DNA of 64,000 bases from Malacoraja senta. Lineage: Eukaryota. Below are positions 56,607 through 64,000 of the stretch, piece after piece (the first letter of the stretch is position 1; each line of letters begins with the position of its first letter). The notes under the pieces are model-generated. The model was not told the DNA's origin. It searched no databases and worked only from the letters and a program-made list of their open reading frames with translations. The position numbers and the translations under genes were made by a program. The stretch lies in contig CM075996.1 of NCBI GenBank assembly GCA_038087875.1, positions 1,862,001 to 1,926,000 on the forward strand, given 5' to 3'.

Positions 56607-57322
56607 GGCCAATAGGTTTCAACTTCTTCAAGGGAGAGAAGGGAGAGAAGGGGGAGAAGGGAGAGAAGGGTGACAAGGCAGAGAAGGGTTCCAAAGAGAA
56701 GATGCCACAGGAAGAACCGCGGAGGGTAAAGCCAACGCCACGTCCTACTCTAGAATTCGAGGACGAGGGGGAAGAGATAGAGGAGCAGGAGGAGAGGAAG
56801 GAGAAAAGTGACAAGAAGAGGACAGATGCTAGCAAGAGCAGGCTGAAGGATAAGTCGAAGGTCAAAGAGGAGAAAGGCGAGAAAGAAAAGAAGAGGCAGA
56901 AAGACAAGGAGGACAAGGAGAAGGAGAAAGTGGAAAAACAGAAGGAAAAGGAGAGGCAGTCGAAGGAGAAACTGGAGAAGAGGCGCCTGGAGAGGGACGA
57001 TAAGGCACAGAAAGAGAAGGACAAGGGGGGGCCCAAGGACAAGGACAAGGAAAAGGACAAGGAAAAGGACAAGGACAAGGAGACGAGGCAACGGGAAAGG
57101 GAGGAGAAGCAGCGGGAGAAGGAGGCCAAGACGAAGGAGAAGGAAGAGAAGAAGCAACAAGAACAGGAAGAGCGGAAGCAGAGTGTGTTGATGGACAAGA
57201 AGGACAAGGAGGAGAAGAGGCCACGCGATAAGGAGGAGAAGAAGAAGTCAAAGAGCAAAATCGATAAAGAGAAAGATATGAATGGATCAGCGAGGGAAGT
57301 GAAGAGTGTGAAAGCAGTTTGA
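56607..57322 (+). CDS. GARIN-like gene, terminal coding exon: highly charged Lys/Glu/Asp-rich low-complexity tail
   Basis: Acceptor ttgtgtttcttcacAG (56605-56606), phase 1; open frame GPIGFNFFKGEKGEKGEK...SAREVKSVKAV* to TGA 57320-57322, followed by a poly(A) signal. Confidence 0.72.
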
Positions 57323-57434
57323 AATCTTTTAACTATTGATACAAGGAAGGTGGATTTGATGCAGAAACATAGCAGAGAAGGCAGGTGTTTAAACCTATCA
57401 AAAAAAACAGATCTAAAGCATCCCATGAGCTGGG

Positions 57435-57440
57435 AATAAA
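57435..57440 (+). terminator. Polyadenylation signal of the GARIN-like gene
   Basis: AATAAA ~110 nt after the stop, followed by a T/GT-rich downstream element (gtgctttcttgcaatttatttttggttttg). Confidence 0.6.
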
Positions 57441-59914
57441 GTGCTTTCTTGCAATTTATTTTTGGTTTTGACAAAGGTTAGAAGCCAAACTTCACTATCC
57501 CTGTCTGGCACGGTCAATATGTACGCATCCTTTGGGTCCGTTTGTCTTAAGTACCATGTGTGTGTTGATTGTGTTCGTTCGGAGTAGCTCTCTTGAATTA
57601 ATTCCCAGCGCATCTTGCTCCAACATCGTTATTTCTCTCTCTTGTGGTGGTATCGTGTTTGTGGTGACCCTTGTTTTGGAAGCATTTGGATTGAAAACTT
57701 TAGATTAAAGTTTTTAATATCTTACCAATCTCACTGTATGTTCTTCGCCCGGGTGCAATTGCATCAATGACGACTCGTGTGCAGACTCGGTGTAGTCTAC
57801 TATACTTAGTATGTTTGTGCCTAATGTGTAATAGAGTCGTCAATGAATTGTACACACAAAGAATGTCCCTGCATAGGTACACGAGACAATAAAAGCAGCA
57901 TTGAATCATCACATTATCAGCCCAAACTATGTTGAAAGGCCCTTCAGCCCAACTTGCCCACACCAACCAACATGTTCCATCTACACTAATCCCACCTGTC
58001 TCCATTTGCCACATATCCTTCTAAACCTATCCATGTACCTGTCTTACTGTCTCCAACCACATTTTATCTGCTTGCTTTGTAATTGTTACCTTCTCCCAGC
58101 CTACAATGATCTATTCTACATTTTGCTTGATCTCCATTCCCTTTGCTGTTTTCACACCTTCACACTTACTTATCTATCTCCTCCCCCCCCCCCCTCCCCC
58201 TGCCTCCCGACGTGTGTGAAGAAGGGTCTGGACCCGAAACATCACCCATTCCTTCTCTCCAGAGATGCTGCCTGTCCTGCTGAGTTACTCCAGCTTATAT
58301 CTTTGCTTTAAGCCAGCATCTGCAGTTCCTTCATACACATGTACCTGTCTAAATGTTTCTTAAATGTTGCAATAGTCCCTACCTCAACAACCTGCTCTGG
58401 CAGCTCGTTCCATACACGTCTAAATGTTCTTAAATCTGCACATTTCTAAGGTGGAGATCGACAGATTCTTGATTAGTACGGGTGTCGAGGGTTATGGGGA
58501 GAAGGCAGGAGAATGGGGTTGGGAGGGAGAGATAGATCAGCCATGATTGAATGGTGGAGTAGACTCAATGGGCCGAATGCCTAATTCTGCTCCTAAGACT
58601 TATGAATAGTGGAACTAAGTGCACATCTGTGCTAAAGATTCAATGGAGAAGGGAGATGGTTGAAGAATAATCCGTTACTTCAGCAGCAGCCATGGACTTG
58701 TTTGTCTTGTTGCCAATTACCTTCTGCTCAGATATAAACAACTTTCGTGCTGCAGGTGCCTGGCCAACTTCATGGATTCCACTGTGGTATGTACACATTG
58801 TGCTGAACAAACTCTTCCAATCCACAAATCACCTCCGATTAAAACTGCTTGCCTTTTTAGCTGAAGCAAATGAAATATACTTCATTGGTTACAGAAGAAA
58901 GCTCTCGGTAATAAGTTGACCCATCACACTACTGCAAGCAAGAGCAATGCAGTTAGCCCCATCCATCTGGTTCCACCATTTATCCCTACAAACCTTCCTG
59001 TCTTTTACGGAATGTAAGAGGGAGGGAAATGGGATTGATCGGAGAACCAGCATGCGTGAGGATGTTGCCACGGGACCGAAGCTATCAGGAGAGGTTGGGC
59101 AGGCTAGGACTTTATTCTTTAGACTTTAGAGATACAGTGCGGAAAAAGGCCCTTCGGCCCACTGAGTCCGTGCCGACCAGCGATCTCCCATACACTAATA
59201 CTATCCTACACTCTGGGGACAATTTTGCAATTCATTAAAACCAATTAACCTACAAACCCGTAGATCTTTGGAGTGTGGGAGAAAACAAGAGCACCCGGAG
59301 AAGACCCATGTGGTCACAGTGAGAAGGTATAAACTCCGTACAGACAGGGACTATAGTCGGGATCGAACCCAGTTCTCTGGCACTGCAAGGCAGCAACGCT
59401 AATGCCGCACCACTCCCTTCTCTGGAGCGCTGGAGGCTGCGGGGTGACCTTATAGAGATGTATAAAATCACGAGGGGAATAGAAAGGGTGAATGCAAAGT
59501 ATTTTCCATGGGCATGGGAGGCAAGAACTAGAAGGCATAAGTTTAAGTTGAGAGAGGAAGAGGGACAACCTTTTCACACATAGGGTGATGGGTATATGAA
59601 ACAAGCTGCCAGAGAAGGTAGAAGCAGGTACAGATGCAGCAGTTAAAAAAAACATTTGGATAGGTACATGGATAGAACCGGTTTGGAGGGACATGGGCCA
59701 AGTGCAAGCAAATGGAACTAGCTTAGATGGGGCATCTTGGTCAGCATGGACACATAGGCCTGTTTCTGTCCTGTTTGACTATGATTGAACATCCTTCTCG
59801 GTCGTTAAATCAATACCAGTAATATATTAGGAATAGTCCACAAAATCCTCTATCCAGAATGAATCTGCTACTGAACAAACAATATCAGAAAAGACAAAAG
59901 TGACTGTAATAACT

Positions 59915-62900
59915 TTTATTTTGAAATCTGACAAAAACAGAACCAATAAAAATACAATCCAAACATCAATCCAGCTAGTATCAAGTCATTTTCTTTAAAA
60001 AAAAGTCATTTACTGACAGTTTTGGCTGCAGATGTCCACAGTGGCTTCAGAAGAGTCCTGCTGTACTTTGCAGATGCCACAAAATATTCTCAGCTAGACA
60101 ATCATAAATCATTTTCTTAGTACAGGTACTAGTGTGCCACACAAGGGGCCATCAACGTTGCATTCTAAAGCTCCTGCAATAACTTAATGAAGAGAATCGA
60201 GTTAACCAAACAGCTTGTCCAACAGCAAGAAATTTGTGCCAACATGCACCTGGATACTTTGAGACAGAGACTTCTCAGAGCGAGGTTAAACTGTCTCAGG
60301 GGACAGGTTTGAAATGCACAAAACGGTTCCAAATCTTTTACTGGGAATTTGCAATGTGTATACCCATTACGTTTCAAAGCAGCAGTCTGTTTTGAAACAC
60401 AGAACAAGCACTTTGTTCCTATTAAAAGGTACTATGATAAGCAAGCTTGGAATCAAGGGGTAATGAACCTGTGAGCAGATCTCTTTCCCATTTAATGCCT
60501 TTAAACTAAATCTGCTCCACTGTGGCTCCTGTCTTTCAGCAGTGCATGGCTTCACAAATGCAATCTCCCCCCCCCCCCACAAATCCCTCGTGTTGACAAA
60601 GGTAAACTTGTTTACAGATAATTCGTTTACACTCCATTATTAAGACACAGCCTACATATTGAATCTTTGTACAGACTCTTTGTAAAAAGACACCTTTTGG
60701 AGTTGCATGCAAAGATTGCTTTAGTTCGGGTGGCCTTTGGATTAATGTGGAGCAATACACAGGAGTAAGGGAATGTAAGCATACGGTAAAATTAAAACAT
60801 TTCACATAATAACTTTTGTTAGAGAACCTTTAGTGGACTGCTGATCTTATTGCTAAATCCAAAAAACACAGAAAACCCTCAAACATTATAGCATTTTTAT
60901 CATTTAATTCCAAAACAACCAGGTACAGAATAGAGCATTTGAAAATACAAGTTAGACACCAGAACTAAGGCTTTTCTGACTGACCCATTAAAAAAAATTT
61001 AATTAGTTGAGGTGGCTTTCTAGTTGTTTGTTAGGTAACACTTAGCTGGCTTTTCAAGGGTATTAGTCCCGGTACCATGTAAAAAAATATTAATCGCTCT
61101 TTCCCTAGAAATGTAGAGGTTTCAGAGTGCCTTAGTTCTGGTAACTAACACTGAGGAGCCTAAAGCTTCATTGAACACTTGTTGCTTTTCTTCAATTCTG
61201 GAGTTGAGTCGCTCATTGCAGTCTTGCAAAACAAGTCAAGGTTTGAGATTGAGGCCTGGAATAATATCAGTGCAGCAGCCAATCCTTTAGAGTCCTTTGG
61301 AATTTGTTTTATTCTAAAAGAAATATATCCCATGAGGAATAGATTTAATTGGAGTAACAAGTAGGGAGATAAATATTGCCATTGTTACTACCCTGCCAGA
61401 TATATCTACTGGACCAAACAGGGAATTCTCATTCACCTGGAGAATTCATTGGTAATTAGACACAATAGCCACGGGCAACAGAACTGTCTACGTTGGATTC
61501 AGCAACAAAATTCTAAGTTCACAAACTTCCACGCCCCTTTCATTGCACATCAGACAGACACTTTGGTGAATCAACTCACTCTTGGTAAATTTAAAGTATG
61601 TCATAAAAAACAATAAGGATGCTAGTGAACAAGATGCATCTGTCAATAAAGCAGTCATGACGTCCTATAATAAAAATTCTGTTTGTCAGACAGCAACACA
61701 CTAGTCTGTGAAGGCTCAGACAACTGAGAATGTTAGAGGCTTTTCTTATATTAGTAGGAATGTTTCTCAAATTCATCATCCAGAGTCGGTAGGCTCAGAT
61801 GTCCTGTTGCAATAATGTAACACTAAACTGGTCGCAACACTACAACTCCCATTGTAAATGAATGCAAACACGCATGAAGGGCTACGGTGTTTGTGGTAGA
61901 TTTCTCCTGTCCCAGCATCATTTCCCATGTAATAATAACCCATTCGTCAGAAAATGTACAGCAGATAGTTAAATGGAACCAACTGGTCACAAAAGGCAAT
62001 GATTATGGAAACCAAATCCCATAGTACGGGGCAAGGCATATCAGGCCAGCAAGCGTGGGACGACCGGACACTTTGCCAGAACTCTTGATAGTTTTCTGAA
62101 GCTTTAAAAACTGCAAATGTCAGCACTACCGTGAAGAGAATAACGGCTGCCGATAGGCAGGCTGCAATGCTCAGAGTTTAAAAACTCAGAGTGAAGAGCT
62201 CAGAAAAGTACAGATATGTCAAGGGGAATCTAGATATTTCTAGTTCTTTGGTTGTATGCTTATTGCCAGTCCTTTGGGATACACCGTTACTTATCTCCAG
62301 AACACCAGAGAATAAGCTATACACCAAGGGAGTTATCAGCAAAATGAAATGAGCTGTGTAGAAATGAATGTTTTCTTCAAAAGCATCCACCAAAGGAAAT
62401 GATACAAGGCAGAAGTGCCCAACACACAATCTGCTCCACACCCTACATTGTGTCATATTTCATGGGAGGGTCTTGGTGCAAGGCTGAACGAACCCTAGGA
62501 AAGCTGAAGACAGATTACTGCTGGCTGTCAGGCAAGTAGACAAACACCCACACCCCCCCCCCACCCCACCCAGCCTGTCATTTACTTTGTTGCAGTTTGT
62601 ACAGTAGGTTTTATCTTCTGTGTTGAATCCGCAGCACCCGGAGTTCTATTACAAGGACAAGGGTCTAGCCACCATAACAGCATTAACATGGTCCCCCATC
62701 ATGTACAGGTTGTTGATCAAACCTGGCCAGCTGTGCATCAACACGTGTAGGAAGGAAGCAGATGCTGGTTTAAACCAAAGATGGACACAAAAAACTGGAG
62801 TAACTCAGCGAGACAGACAGTGTCTCTGGAGAGAAGGAATGGGTGACCTTTTGGGTCGAGACTTCTTCAGTCTGAAACGTCACACATTCCTTCTCTCCAG

Positions 62901-63678
62901 AGATGCTGAATTACTACAGCATTTTTTGTGTCTATCTTCAGCCGTGCATCAATTCGTTAAGGCCACTGCTTCCTTCGCCATCACCTACCTCGAACTGCCC
63001 AAATAATTTCTCACAACGAACAACCGCCATCCAGTAAGAGACAAAAACCTCCCTTCTTCAAAACTAGATTTCTGCGTCTCTGTCCCCAAGCAATCTTAAC
63101 GCCCACTAAGTCCAAGATAAAGACTGACCTGACAATGCGCCCATCTCTAAACTGTCCACTCCTTCCTCACTCACACCTTCCGTAAAAAGAATTGAGTTAT
63201 GAAACTAGAAGGCGTGGTATATTAAGCAGTGCCGACATCTTGGTGAAAACACTCCCTTTTAAGTCACAATAACTTTACATTGCAATGCAAGACATTAATT
63301 AATAAAAGCATAAAGGGATTCAATGAATAACTTGACATCATTGGGTATGTAAAGAAACTAGTGGTGACTTACAAGAATAGTTTTGTTACCTGCTCTAACA
63401 CTGGTTTGACCCCCTTTCCTGGTGATTAGTAGCAAGTTTTTATAGTTTTTTTGCATGACAATTTTTTTGTTGTTTTTGTTTTTAAAAAAAAGTCCCAAAA
63501 ATTGGTGAGCTGGTTAAAGCTCATCCTTCAAACCAGAATAAAAGAAACAGCAGCCTCATCTCCCGACCCCATTCTGCTGCTTGTTAATCTTCACCAGTTG
63601 TAGAATCTCAGGAGCACTGCAGACATCCTTCATCTCCAAGAGGCCAGAGGGGAGAAGAGGCCGTCTCCACCATTGACA
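59915..63678 (-). other. Probable long 3'UTR of the SRSF3-like gene
   Basis: AT-rich, nearly repeat-free 3.8 kb (one pLTR-type insertion at ~62745-62945) in an otherwise repeat-saturated window, ending at minus-strand AATAAA (tttatt 59915-59920). Confidence 0.45.
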
Positions 63679-63706
63679 CTATTTCCTCTCAATGGATCGG
63701 GAGCGA
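63679..63706 (-). CDS. SRSF3: Terminal coding exon of an SRSF3-like SR splicing factor (..RSRSIERK*)
   Basis: Minus strand: long pyrimidine tract + acAG, then T CGC TCC CGA TCC ATT GAG AGG AAA TAG. As I recall, human SRSF3's last exon has the same phase and length (RSRSNERK*). Only 9 codons are visible, so an SRSF3/7-family paralog cannot be excluded. Confidence 0.55.
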
Positions 63707-64000
63707 CTGTCGTGAAGCGAGGGGGAAAGAAAAAAAATAGTTCAGGCATTAAATAGAAGAGGCTTAAGAAAAGTTACACCACAACTTTGAGAAACTCCTC
63801 GCCTTGTAAGGTATTATAGGACCTCAAGTCTTACAAACTTCACACAGCGCCCAGTTCTGCAAGAAAAGTCAGAGCCTAAAAGGCACTAGTTTTTACTGGA
63901 TGATCATTGTTATTTTGATCTTTGACTTAATTATTAATCGTTGGGCAACTGGAGTGACATTAACTGTTTGTGGTTGATGTGATGACCCATGGATGCCAAA

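Noticed and set aside
56551..57474. 307-aa hydrophobic minus-strand ORF (F/S/L-rich)
   Set aside because: Antisense shadow of the purine-rich K/E exon; splice and poly(A) signals support the + strand.
58640..58825. 61-aa minus-strand ORF in unique sequence
   Set aside because: No recognisable motif and no clear splice context.

Overview
Eukaryotic, repeat-dominated vertebrate DNA. The repeat content (CR1/HER1-type LINE 3' ends, HE1/V-domain tRNA SINEs, Penelope, RTE and Rex1 fragments, kilobase microsatellites) points to a cartilaginous fish, probably a skate or ray (inference). Almost all long ORFs in the track are microsatellite or LINE artefacts. Real gene content: (1) a spliced + strand GARIN/FAM71 (DUF3699)-family gene at ~40.0-57.4 kb, with a CRE-rich putative promoter, two apparent 1-nt frameshifts and a long K/E-rich tail; (2) the terminal exon and probable long 3'UTR of a convergent SRSF3-like SR-protein gene on the - strand (59.9-63.7 kb); (3) a CpG-rich island at ~1.7-2.6 kb of unresolved function. 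A 200-N gap sits at 20867-21066. The most striking signal is RNA-level. A 140-nt, TSD-flanked, (GAA)n-tailed short retroposon (12691-12830; second copy 38918-39048) has first 54 nt that fold into a minimal HDV-like ribozyme starting exactly at the insertion boundary. There are also many hammerhead-core-bearing Penelope pLTR derivatives. All family assignments come from motif recognition by eye; no database search was run.
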